This document shows positions 10,361 to 19,409 of a stretch of DNA of 64,000 nt, piece by piece. Position numbers and translations under genes: made by a program. The stretch comes from an uncultured Chloroflexia bacterium (GTDB taxonomy: Bacteria; Chloroflexota; Chloroflexia; QHBQ01; JADMIH01), in the NCBI GenBank assembly GCA_963797095.1, contig CAWCNY010000008.1, positions 32,001 through 96,000 of the forward strand. The letters run 5' to 3'. The stretch's first letter is position 1, and each line of letters starts with the position of its first letter. Below the pieces are notes generated by a model. It was not told the origin of the DNA. It was given only the letters and a program-made list of their open reading frames with translations, and ran no database searches.

Positions 10361-10717
10361 GTACAGGGCACCTCAGTTCTGTGCGCCGGTGTATGCTTGA
10401 GCTCTGCGACCTGCCGCGCCAAGTTCTGCGTTGACAGGGGGTAAGGAATGTGCCACCATATCCATACTCATAAACATCTCATCTTGCCGCGACCTGAACG
10501 TTCGACGGCACTCTACCGGCGGGAGGGTATTCCGTTCGAATGAAGCACATTGTCCCCACGATCTCCAGCAAGGGGCAGGTTGCGGTCTCTGCTGAGGTGG
10601 GCAGGCACCTTCGAGCAGGGTGCGGCTCCGGGTGAGGGAGACGTAAGCGGCAGGGTCCCGGCTATTTCGGCCCGCGCCATTCCGAAAGGGCTTTCGCCCA
10701 GACAAGGAGGAAAATGC

Positions 10718-11599
10718 ATGGTAAAGAAGCTGACAATTGAGCTACCCGACGACATCCACGCGTCGATGCTCGTGCTGTCCCAGGTCACGGGGCAATCTCC
10801 CGAGGAGATGGCCGCTGAATGGGTGACCATGGCGGTGACCGCTGTCACGGGCAAGCCGCTGCAGATTGCGAAGAGCATGGGGATGGGCAGCCCACTGGGA
10901 ACACCCCTGGACATGCCGCTGGGAAACCCATTGGGAAACCCATTGGGAATGCTGCTGGGATTCGACCCGTATGATAAGCCGGGCACGAGGGCCGGAAAGC
11001 GGTCGCAGGCAAAGGGTACGCTGCCCGCTCCAAACAAAGAAGCGGCCAAAGCGATCTACCAGCTAAAGGTCACCCTCAAAGATAGTAAGCCTCCCATCTG
11101 GCGCAGGATCCAGGTGCCGGGAAGCATAACGCTGGTCAAGCTGCACCCGGTGCTGCAGGTGGTGATGGGTTGGGAGGATTACCATCTGCACCAGTACATC
11201 GTGGACGGCGTCTACTACGGCACCAAAGACCCGGAGTTTGAGGTGATAGGCAGCGAAACGGTGAACGAGCGGGGCGTGAAGCTCTACCAGATAGCGCCCG
11301 ATGTGGGCTCGCGCTTCGTGTACGAGTACGACTTCGGGGACGGTTGGCAGCACCAGGTTGTGGTGGAGAAACTGCTGCCCGCCACAGCAGGAGCGACCTA
11401 CCCTGTGTGCATCACAGGCAAGCGTGCCTGCCCGCCGGAGGACGTGGGCGGCGTGTGGGGCTACGGCGATTTTCTCCAGGTGATCCGAGACCCCTCCCAC
11501 CCGGAGCACGATGAGATGCTTGAATGGGCTGGCGGCGACTTCGACCCTGAGGCGTTCGACATGGAGGAAGTCAACGATGCGTTGAAGAGGGTGCGGTAA
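10718..11599 (+). CDS. Plasmid pRiA4b ORF-3 family protein with an N-terminal RHH-like extension
   Basis: YQLKVTL..PPIWRRIQVP, YEYDFGDGW, GKRACPPEDVGG; RBS AGGAGG before ATG 10718. Confidence 0.88.
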   Translation: MVKKLTIELPDDIHASMLVLSQVTGQSPEEMAAEWVTMAVTAVTGKPLQIAKSMGMGSPLGTPLDMPLGNPLGNPLGMLLGFDPYDKPGTRAGKRSQAKGTLPAPNKEAAKAIYQLKVTLKDSKPPIWRRIQVPGSITLVKLHPVLQVVMGWEDYHLHQYIVDGVYYGTKDPEFEVIGSETVNERGVKLYQIAPDVGSRFVYEYDFGDGWQHQVVVEKLLPATAGATYPVCITGKRACPPEDVGGVWGYGDFLQVIRDPSHPEHDEMLEWAGGDFDPEAFDMEEVNDALKRVR

Positions 11600-11733
11600 T
11601 CCCGAACAGACGCGGGCGACGTACAGGCAAGGCACCGCAATGTCACTGTCACAGTGCTCCTTTGTAGAGGGTAAGGAGGCGTGCTATACTGAGACTGAGA
11701 GGTAAGAGGAAGAGGGTCCGGACGGAACTTGGA

Positions 11734-12414
11734 ATGCGACTGAAGCGGCCCTCTGAGATCTCAGGAGCAGGAGAAACTAGGGTGGCAAAGATAGCAGTCG
11801 ATAGCCCCACACAAACGATACACCTTGCCACGACTGACGGTGCGGTCATCGAAGGCTCGGAGGCGCTCCAGGGTACGTGGACGGTGGAGCAGTATCTGCG
11901 TCTCACCGACCACGCTAACCGCCTTTTCGAGTTCGCCGATGGAGAGCTGGAGCTATTAACTATGCCTACGGATAGGCACCAGGTTATTATTGCACTCTTA
12001 TATCGTGTACTCTTCCCTTACATGGAACGAATAGGCGGAGTGGTGCTGTTTGCTGCCCTGCGCCTTCAAATCCGAGAGGGCAAGTTCCGAGAGCCTGACC
12101 TGATGCTTCTGCTCGATGCAAACGACCCGCGCAGAGAGAACCGCTACTGGCTCGGAGCCGACCTGGTAGTTGAGGTCGTAAGTGAAGACGATCCTGAGCG
12201 CGACACGGTAGTGAAGCGAGCCGACTACGCAGAGGGTCGCATACCTGAGTACTGGATTGTGAACCCTATAGACGAAACGGTAACTGTGCTCCAGTTGGCG
12301 GAAGAGAAGGAAGGGTACACGGAGCATGGAGTATTCCGGCGGGGTGAGGCGGCCACCTCCGCGTTGCTGCCGGAGATCGGCGTGCAGGTAAACGCCGTCT
12401 TTGATGCCCACTAA
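11734..12414 (+). CDS. Uma2-family (PD-(D/E)XK) endonuclease
   Basis: 'REPDL', 'ADLVVEVVSEDD', 'KRADYAEGRIPEYWIVNP'. Confidence 0.9.
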   Translation: MRLKRPSEISGAGETRVAKIAVDSPTQTIHLATTDGAVIEGSEALQGTWTVEQYLRLTDHANRLFEFADGELELLTMPTDRHQVIIALLYRVLFPYMERIGGVVLFAALRLQIREGKFREPDLMLLLDANDPRRENRYWLGADLVVEVVSEDDPERDTVVKRADYAEGRIPEYWIVNPIDETVTVLQLAEEKEGYTEHGVFRRGEAATSALLPEIGVQVNAVFDAH

Positions 12415-12475
12415 ATGGGAGGATAAAGCAGAAGCTCCTGAGCAACAGACTGTGCCGTGCCATTACAGACATGTC

Positions 12476-12566
12476 GAGATGGCAAGAGATGGCAAGAGAT
12501 GGCAAGAGATGGCAAGAGATGGCAAGAGATGGCAAGAGATGGCAAGAGATGGCAAGAGATGGCAAG
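12476..12566. repeat. 10-bp tandem repeat (GGCAAGAGAT) x8 plus partial units
   Basis: Read directly; no spacers. Confidence 0.95.
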
Positions 12567-12663
12567 TGCGGCTCATGCAATGTGACCGCCGGAATCTGCG
12601 CCGGAGTTGTGGTCGTATGTCTACGGCGAGTCCCTCAGCAGGCGGCAACAGGGATGCCGCAAA

Positions 12664-12677
12664 CGAATATATGTTCT
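12664..12677. promoter_or_regulatory. LexA-like (GAAC-N4-GTTC type) box
   Basis: CGAATATATGTTCT, one mismatch in the core. Confidence 0.4.
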
Positions 12678-12688
12678 GATCAACGAGC

Positions 12689-12724
12689 CCTTATTATACT
12701 TTTCGCCCCAGAAGTATAATAAGG
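12689..12724. repeat. Second, imperfect copy of the integrase-linked palindrome
   Basis: TTATTATACT-N12-AGTATAATAA, same spacing as 3481-3512, followed by TGATACACGGGTACAA as at the first copy. Confidence 0.85.
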
Positions 12725-12814
12725 AGGCGGGCAATGATACACGGGTACAACAATGTACCCTCTCCGACAGGTTCCTCCCCCGTCTTCATCTTGCAGTCGT
12801 AAATCAATTCGTCC

Positions 12815-12953
12815 CCTGCCCCTCACTGAGCAGAGCATCCATCCTGTCGGTGGCATCACGCTGCAGCGCCTCCTGGAATAGGCGGAAGGCGTTACGAGGG
12901 TCAAGCGATGTGCCGATTGTGGAGGTGAAGACCAGCCCGCTTTCCTTTCAGCG
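12815..12953 (-). pseudogene. Internally deleted 3' remnant of a paralogous tyrosine integrase
   Basis: Translates KESGLVFTSTIGTSLDPRNAFRLFQEALQR/DATDRMDALLSEG; the HDLRH...Y segment between the two 'ALQ' repeats is deleted. Confidence 0.85.
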
Positions 12954-12954
12954 T

Positions 12955-13383
12955 GTGCAGATGTGGAAGCCCTGGAAGTTCCTCCCACATCCAGTGTCCG
13001 ATGGATTTGGAAGGCAGCGGAAGCAGTTCGACCAGGCAGGTGCCTCCGTCTGCTCTCCCCAGTGAGTGCCGTTGGTAGTCCAACACAGCTTGGGGAGTGC
13101 TCGAAGCTCCAGCACCATACGCCTCGGTAGAGGTCGCAGCAAGCAGGATGCGGATCAACCTGCCCCAGGTCTTTTGGGTTTTTCGCCAATCAGTTAGGAT
13201 AAGTTCTTCGAGCTCTGGCCGCCCCAATCGGTTCCACTTGATGATTCGAGCAGCGTTGTCTTCTACTGTCTCCGCACCGCCTCCCTCGATACCAACGAAC
13301 CGATATTGGCCGGCATAAGTGCCGTAGCCATAGAAGGTTTCGGCGTATTCGGCGAGGAGTTGAAGATCGAGGAGATCTTTCAT
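12955..13383 (-). pseudogene. Truncated hypothetical protein (possibly UDG-superfamily-like)
   Basis: 'FYGYG...FVGIEGGG', 'LVELLPLPS'; C-terminus replaced by the integrase remnant. Confidence 0.45.
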
Positions 13384-13664
13384 GATGTTCTTTCCCATAA
13401 CAGAGGCCGGCACCGATCTGCTAGCCATCCAAGGGTTTGGTCGTTGATGCCGCGAGAAGCAGGACACCGCGATGGCAAGCCGCGAAATGCTGGGGATCAA
13501 CGCCCGGAACGGCGGCCGAGCTTTAGCGTTATCATGCCGTGAGTTGAGGTTTTACCCTCTCCCTAAACGCCATTGGGTTGTGCCCCGAGGTTTCATAGAT
13601 TCTCCACAGCTCACTGCCTGCGGTGTCCCATTGACCGTGACATGATTTTTGCCGCCTGTATTTC

Positions 13665-14109
13665 TCGAAGTGTTCGAAAACTTCGTGGTTACCGCACTCC
13701 GGGAGGCGCTGGAGTTGAGTGAGGAGCGTTCCCGCAGGGAGCGAGAGGTAAACACCTCACACTTGATAAGGCTGGCTGGGTGGACCTGAGACCGGACATC
13801 TCCTGGTGGGAAGGGGGCCGGTGCCCGTTCGTGGGAGATGTAAAGTACGAGAAAATAAATGTCAAGGGTATTAAGCACCCTGACCTATACCAGTTGCTGG
13901 CGTATACTGTAGCAGTAGGGCTGCACGGTGGCCTGCTCATTTATGCAGATGGGGAAGGCTTTCCGGTGAAGCACGAGGTGGTGAGGCTAAACAAGGAACT
14001 TGTGGTGAGGACGCTAGATTTGCGCGGCTCCTCTGGAGAAATTCTGGCGCAGATTGAGGAGGTTGGGGAGGTAGTTCGCGACCAGCGAGAAGCAACCCTG
14101 AGGCAGTAG
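13665..14109 (+). pseudogene. mcrC: McrC-family restriction subunit, 3' fragment
   Basis: EVFENFVVTALREAL (frameshift) ...LRPDISWW...GDVKYEK...DLYQLLAY...GLLIYA. Confidence 0.8.
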
Positions 14110-14215
14110 CTGCATCCAAAGGGGTCAATAACATTCGCCGGGGCGGGCCCTTATGACACAGGCAACATGGCCGAGGTGCAGTACAGCGTGGCCTGCTACG
14201 GAGATCCCTACGAAC

Positions 14216-15028
14216 ATGCACGAGGAACTCGATAGACGAGTATACGCACTTGCCAGGGGCTATCTTCTCAGCCAAGAAGGTATGTCTGACGAATTGCTCG
14301 ACCGGCATGTGCGCCCATCTCCGGACGACCGAAAGTCTTTGACTTTGGCTGTAGTCTATGAGCGATTGCTGAGATCTGCGCAGAGCGCGCAAAGCATGCC
14401 GAACGTGATCGGAGGGTCGATCGGCGGCATAGTGAGATTGGGCACAGTTCTTTCCGGGTTCGACCCGGCAGTGGTTGCCGAGAAATATCCGCGGAGTGAG
14501 GTGGATTGCAAGCGGCTCTTCGACGACATCACAGGGCAGCTGGAACCCAGGGGCAAGCTCAACTACAACCCGCGCAGCCTGTGGAGGCGCTTTTGCGGCA
14601 CGGTCACCTCGGGTGCTGCTTTTCTCGCGGAGTTTCATGATGCGCAGACATTTTATGCGTGGGTCGAGCCATTCGACCTGGACGAGGACAAGCGCATAGA
14701 GGTAGCAACAAATATCGCCCGCCAGATAGACGGTATAGGATTCGCACTGGCGTGTGACTTCCTCAAAGAGGTGGGCTTTACCAACTTCGGCAAGCCGGAC
14801 GTGCACATCAAGGAGATATTCTCGCAGCTAGGGTTGAGCCGGTCGAAAGACGATATTGAGGTATTCAAGGCCGCTGGCAGGATAGCCCGAAACGTAGGCG
14901 TTACGCCCTATGAGGTAGACCAGCTATTCTGGTTGGTGGGTAGTGGGGATCTCAATTTTGCCGGGCGTCGAATTGCCAACAGCCGAGCCGAGTTTCTCGT
15001 CTATGCCCGCAAGGGGCTGGAGATTTGA
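14216..15028 (+). CDS. HhH-GPD-like DNA glycosylase-fold hypothetical protein
   Basis: 'IDGIGFALACDFLKEVG...KPDVHI' helix-hairpin-helix/PD motif; 'YEVDQLFW'. Confidence 0.6.
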   Translation: MHEELDRRVYALARGYLLSQEGMSDELLDRHVRPSPDDRKSLTLAVVYERLLRSAQSAQSMPNVIGGSIGGIVRLGTVLSGFDPAVVAEKYPRSEVDCKRLFDDITGQLEPRGKLNYNPRSLWRRFCGTVTSGAAFLAEFHDAQTFYAWVEPFDLDEDKRIEVATNIARQIDGIGFALACDFLKEVGFTNFGKPDVHIKEIFSQLGLSRSKDDIEVFKAAGRIARNVGVTPYEVDQLFWLVGSGDLNFAGRRIANSRAEFLVYARKGLEI

Positions 15029-16137
15029 CACTGATGCCTATGCACGAGCCGACACAAGAAAGAGAATATGCAAACTCGGCGGCCACGGATAGTAGCGCGG
15101 TCCTGCCGGTCCGAGAAGTAGTAGCAATTGTGCAGGAGTGGGTGGACCTCCATGCACGCCACCTGCCGGACTTTGCAGGCGCTTACCTGTGGGCCGGGAT
15201 TACTGCACTGCCGCCCGATGCACCGTTTCCGTTGTATCGTGATGTCGATGTAGTGGTGGTGCTGCCGGAAGGGGCGCAAGACGACACCGTAGAGGTCTTT
15301 TACCGGGACGTCATGCTGGAGGTCATCTCCCTAGACCTCAAAGCCCATCAGGATGCTGAAGCTATTCTTTCAAACCCCAGCCACGGCCCCAACATGGCCA
15401 CCACGCAAATCCTGGCCGACCCTACCGGCATTCTCACGCCTTTGCAACGGAAAGTCGCCGCGGACTATGGCCGTCGCCGCTGGATATTGGCACGCTGCGA
15501 GAAGGAAAAGGTATCAGCAGAGAAGCACCTCGCTGCTATGCGAGTAGCATCAACTCCACAGGAACGCCTCGATTCTGTGTGGGCATTTCTCAGCGCGCTC
15601 AGCGGACTGCTCGCGGTGGCTCAACTCAAGCGCCCTACCACCCGGCGCACGCTGGCTCTCTTTGGCGAACTGCTCGATGAACAAGGTAGGTCTGACCTTC
15701 ACGAAGCAGCGCTCACTCTGTTCGGGTCGGCACACATAAGCCGAGAGGATGTCCAGGCAATGCTCGACCGGAGCGTGGGTGCCTTTGACCGCTCAGTGGA
15801 GGTCTACAAGACGCTCACACCGTATGGGTTCACGATCCGTCCGCATCTACGGCCCTACCTTTCCGAAGCGAGTCAGGAGATGATCGACGAAGGCAATCAC
15901 CGCGAGGCGATGTTCTGGATCACGGCGCTGGCAGGCGAGTCTTATCTCGTGCTGCAAAACGATGCACCCGATGCGGAGAAATCGGGGTTCACGGCGGAGT
16001 TGCATACTATGCACGCCTCTCTGGGGTATGCGGACGTATCAGATGACGCGTGGGCAGAGCGAGTAGCGTCTGCCGAACATCTGGCACAGGAGATCTACCG
16101 CATGGCCGACGCGCTCGCTGCTCTCAGACCGGAATAG
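15025..16137 (+). CDS. Putative nucleotidyltransferase-fold protein
   Basis: 'AYLWAG...YRDVDVVVV' resembles the GS/DxD NTase motif; 'ILADPTG'. Confidence 0.55.
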   Translation: MTLMPMHEPTQEREYANSAATDSSAVLPVREVVAIVQEWVDLHARHLPDFAGAYLWAGITALPPDAPFPLYRDVDVVVVLPEGAQDDTVEVFYRDVMLEVISLDLKAHQDAEAILSNPSHGPNMATTQILADPTGILTPLQRKVAADYGRRRWILARCEKEKVSAEKHLAAMRVASTPQERLDSVWAFLSALSGLLAVAQLKRPTTRRTLALFGELLDEQGRSDLHEAALTLFGSAHISREDVQAMLDRSVGAFDRSVEVYKTLTPYGFTIRPHLRPYLSEASQEMIDEGNHREAMFWITALAGESYLVLQNDAPDAEKSGFTAELHTMHASLGYADVSDDAWAERVASAEHLAQEIYRMADALAALRPE

Positions 16138-16163
16138 GGGTGACCCTGGGGTCCGCAGGGTAA

Positions 16164-16472
16164 TTACTCAGCAAACTGCGGTTCGTTGTCGCCCAGTTGC
16201 TCTCGCATCCAAACTGCCAACCCTTCCTCCAGGGCCAGCAGCATTTGATCCAGAGTTGCATACTCGCTCTGTTCCTGCCCCTCCCAGACCATCCCACCGG
16301 TATCCAGCGCCCTGACAAACGAGCGACTGTAATCGTCTTCTCCGATCTCAATCCAACCAAGGGTTTTCACCCAGCGATTGATGTGTGGGTAAGACTTCTC
16401 GAAAGACTGTTCGAATGGCTTGCGCTTCTTAGGTTGCATGGGCACCTTGGGCTGCTCGGTCGGAGCCTGCAT
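16164..16472 (-). CDS. Small conserved hypothetical protein (paralog at 52752-53013)
   Basis: 'YPHINRWVKTLGWIEIGEDDYSRSFVRALDTGGMVWEG'. Confidence 0.7.
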   Translation of the reverse strand: MQAPTEQPKVPMQPKKRKPFEQSFEKSYPHINRWVKTLGWIEIGEDDYSRSFVRALDTGGMVWEGQEQSEYATLDQMLLALEEGLAVWMREQLGDNEPQFAE

Positions 16473-16485
16473 CCGCTGACCGGAA

Positions 16486-16561
16486 CTAAATGTACGGCAA
16501 TTGGTTCTGCATTTCGTCTGCTGTCAGATTATTGATTATGATCAGCCGCCTGCGCATAACC
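16486..16561 (-). pseudogene. 3' remnant of a DUF5615 PIN-like toxin
   Basis: EVMRRRLIIINNLTADEMQNQLPYI*, similar to the C-terminus of 46647..47006. Confidence 0.6.
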
Positions 16562-18493
16562 TCATAGGATGAGCAGCCGTTCGGCGAGTTGTAAGGCATC
16601 TGCGGGCCATAGTGCGGCGGGCCTCGGCTGGCGCGTAGGTGTGACACCATGCATAGGGCGGCAGGATAGAATCATGGCGCGCCACTGCTCAGGCCAGGCC
16701 TCCCGCCCATACACTGCGCCGAGTAGTGCGCCGCAAATTGCTCCATTGGTATCCGTATCTCCACCAGATCGAACTGTTTGCACTACCCCCTCTGCTGCCC
16801 CTGGAGCGTGCAGCAGACGATAGAAAGCGTTCTGCAGAGCGATGAGCACCCAACCCTGTTGGTGCATATAGTCGTCAGGTGGCGACTTAGCTGCCTTGCC
16901 TAAGGCATTCATGACCGGTTCGGGCACGCCCCGTTGCTGCGCCCAGGAAAGGGTCCAGGTATATACCTCTTGCGGAGTGCCGCCGTCCGCTATTGTATGA
17001 GCTATCGTGGCCGCAAATAGCCCCGATGCTGCCTGGCACACCGGGTGTGGATGGGTGAGCGAAGCATCGGAGCGTGCGGCTTCGTCAACCTCAAGGGGCG
17101 GACGCTGCCAGCCCCAGATACCGATCGGGCTCACACGCATGAGTGCACCATTTGCTTGGCTGGTGGTGCTGGCACTCGAGCGACAGACGGCGGCGCAATT
17201 ACGTTCAGTCATGTTCCTGGGTTGCACAGATCCGAGCGCCTGGGCTGTGGTATTTCCAACATCGAACGGACGGCACCCAGGGTGGCTACACGATTCTGGA
17301 CCTTCCTGGTGCAGCCAGCCGTGGTACCAGGAGGCATAGAGGGAGGCCACGTCATTAGCATCGAAGCCCTTTCTGCGCACAAGCGACCGTGCCAGGAGAA
17401 GCGCCAGCTCAGAATCGTCGGTTGGCTGGCCGGCCATAATGCGGTGAGGCCCTCCGTCGGCAAGCTCGCTGGGCCCACCATTGGGATAAGAGCGGGCGAT
17501 TGTCGTTGCTGATTGAAACTCGACGAGCGCACCCAGGCTGTCGCCTGCGAGCTGGCCCAAAAGGCAACCCTGTGCTCGGCGTAAGATCGCGGTATCGTGA
17601 ACCAGCTGCCCCGGTTCCAGGCGCACCGGAATTAGGGGGCTGAGGTCTGCGAGAGGAGCCGCTATACCAAACCCGCTGCCAAGGACCCGGCTCCAGGACC
17701 GGGAAGCTAACTCGACAGCCACTTTCGGATCACCACCAAAGCAGTAGCCGGTGTGACTGCGGCCGTCGAGGGTATAGATCACTTCCTCACCGCGCTCGTT
17801 GACCAGTACACCACCGACACCCTTCAGTAAGGCATGCCCGGCACCGTAGTCATAGTCGCCAGGTGAATTGAGCGAAACCGCTGCTATGCCTTCGGTAGCA
17901 GCCAGGGCCAGGCGATACGCGATGCTCGGCACATCCCGAAAGCGCGCCGGCTGAATACATTGCAGGTTGCCGTAAGGGTGACGGTCGGCGCCCTGCGACA
18001 CGAACACCACGCTGTCGGGCTCGAGCGCGCCAGGCCATTTCCTTGGGGGCAGGGGGCGACCGTTTCGTTGCAGCGGGCCGCAGCCTTCAGCCCATGCGAA
18101 TAGATCGCCATCGTCATCGGGTGCATCCACAGCGTATACGACACCCAGCACAGGCTCACCGGCCACCAGCAAGGCAATAGAGACGGCATGGCCCCGGAAG
18201 CCGTCCTGCATAGCTTCTGTGCCGTCGTTAGGATCTACCAGCCATATGTGGTCCTCTCCAGAAGCTGGAGGCTGGAAGCCGGTTTCCTCGCCGCGATAAC
18301 CCCAATCATCAGGACATGCTTGAAGCAAGTGCCTTCGGATCACACGCTCCGCCTCATCGTCAGCAGGGGAGTGACCTCTTGGACCACGAGGGCCTTGCAG
18401 GCGGGCACACTCGGCGCGGAGAATTGCCGCCGCAGCATGGGCAGCGTCCAGGGCAGCTTGTAAAGCAGACTGGTAAGAGAAACTGGTATGCAT
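16562..18493 (-). CDS. Inositol monophosphatase / ADP-ribosylglycohydrolase fusion protein
   Basis: N-terminal GEE and WLVDPNDGT motifs; C-terminal GDSLG, QPTDDSE, NGALMR and GGDTDTN motifs. Confidence 0.88.
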   Translation of the reverse strand: MHTSFSYQSALQAALDAAHAAAAILRAECARLQGPRGPRGHSPADDEAERVIRRHLLQACPDDWGYRGEETGFQPPASGEDHIWLVDPNDGTEAMQDGFRGHAVSIALLVAGEPVLGVVYAVDAPDDDGDLFAWAEGCGPLQRNGRPLPPRKWPGALEPDSVVFVSQGADRHPYGNLQCIQPARFRDVPSIAYRLALAATEGIAAVSLNSPGDYDYGAGHALLKGVGGVLVNERGEEVIYTLDGRSHTGYCFGGDPKVAVELASRSWSRVLGSGFGIAAPLADLSPLIPVRLEPGQLVHDTAILRRAQGCLLGQLAGDSLGALVEFQSATTIARSYPNGGPSELADGGPHRIMAGQPTDDSELALLLARSLVRRKGFDANDVASLYASWYHGWLHQEGPESCSHPGCRPFDVGNTTAQALGSVQPRNMTERNCAAVCRSSASTTSQANGALMRVSPIGIWGWQRPPLEVDEAARSDASLTHPHPVCQAASGLFAATIAHTIADGGTPQEVYTWTLSWAQQRGVPEPVMNALGKAAKSPPDDYMHQQGWVLIALQNAFYRLLHAPGAAEGVVQTVRSGGDTDTNGAICGALLGAVYGREAWPEQWRAMILSCRPMHGVTPTRQPRPAALWPADALQLAERLLIL

Positions 18494-19409
18494 TGCTAAG
18501 ATCTACCTCTGGTGGATGCGATTTCTCATGGGCTGCAGCGGCCGGCAGGCGTAGGTGGAGGGCGGAGATATAGATATAGTAGTGGTGTAACGCTCTATGT
18601 ATTTCACTGGCCGGAAGTCCTGGGCGGCGAGTGCCGCTTATCGCGGCAGGAATACCAGTCCCCCGCAAACGGGGCCACTGCCTCCCCAAAGATGTCAGTA
18701 AGCCAAAGGCGACAATAAAAGACATTTGGACCGAAGGTGGGCCTGCCGAAGACTTCGTTCCATTTCGTGGGGAACTGGGCTTCTATAGTTGACGAATTCT
18801 TCAGCGTGGGATTCGTCGAAGGCTTGTGGGTGGTATGCAAAAGCAGTCGGTCTCCGGCCACCGGACGTGCATATTGGGTCCGACCCATACTCGTTTGGCA
18901 GTCTTGCGCAATGCCTTTACCGGATAAGGCGGGGGCTATAGGTGTAGCCGTAATACATATAAACGGCACCTTCTTTGATATCATCGAGCGTCTCGACAAT
19001 TGGACTTTCAGCCCTGACAGGCCAGTTGAGATGATGTCGCACCTTCAGGTATGGATCACAACTATCGATTGGGACCTTGTTCATTAGATGCCCCTTGCTG
19101 AGGAGACTTAGCAAAGAATTGACGTTAGCTTAGCAAATGCCCGAGCTTGCGTCAACTTTGGAAGGATGAAACGCCCTCGCCTTTTACCCTCCAGGGACCC
19201 CAAAATAACGCCGGATTTTGACGGCCAATCTGATGATCAAACCCGCAAACTTCGATAGAGGCAGGCGTACAAGGATAACCCGATTAGCATCTGGAAACCT
19301 TTCCTGGGTCCAGAATTGAACGCTGCCTCAAGTTTCGTATATTTCGTTTGTTGCGATTATTTCAATTCTGTGCTATTATGTGTTATGAGCTGGAAAGGAG
19401 GAACTATCT

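Noticed and set aside
10550-10710. Possible structured leader RNA or riboswitch upstream of pRiA4b ORF-3
   Set aside because: Only short GC-rich stems (for example GCACCTT...AGGGTGC), as expected by chance; no known consensus recognised. An Rfam/Infernal search would be needed.
12476-12566. Possible CRISPR array
   Set aside because: Contiguous 10-bp units with no spacers and no cas genes; a simple tandem repeat. ORFs translated across it (12266, 12401, 12463, 12471) are spurious.
18512-19087. Two same-frame ORFs separated by one stop (possible pseudogene)
   Set aside because: No recognisable motif or RBS; a product cannot be supported.
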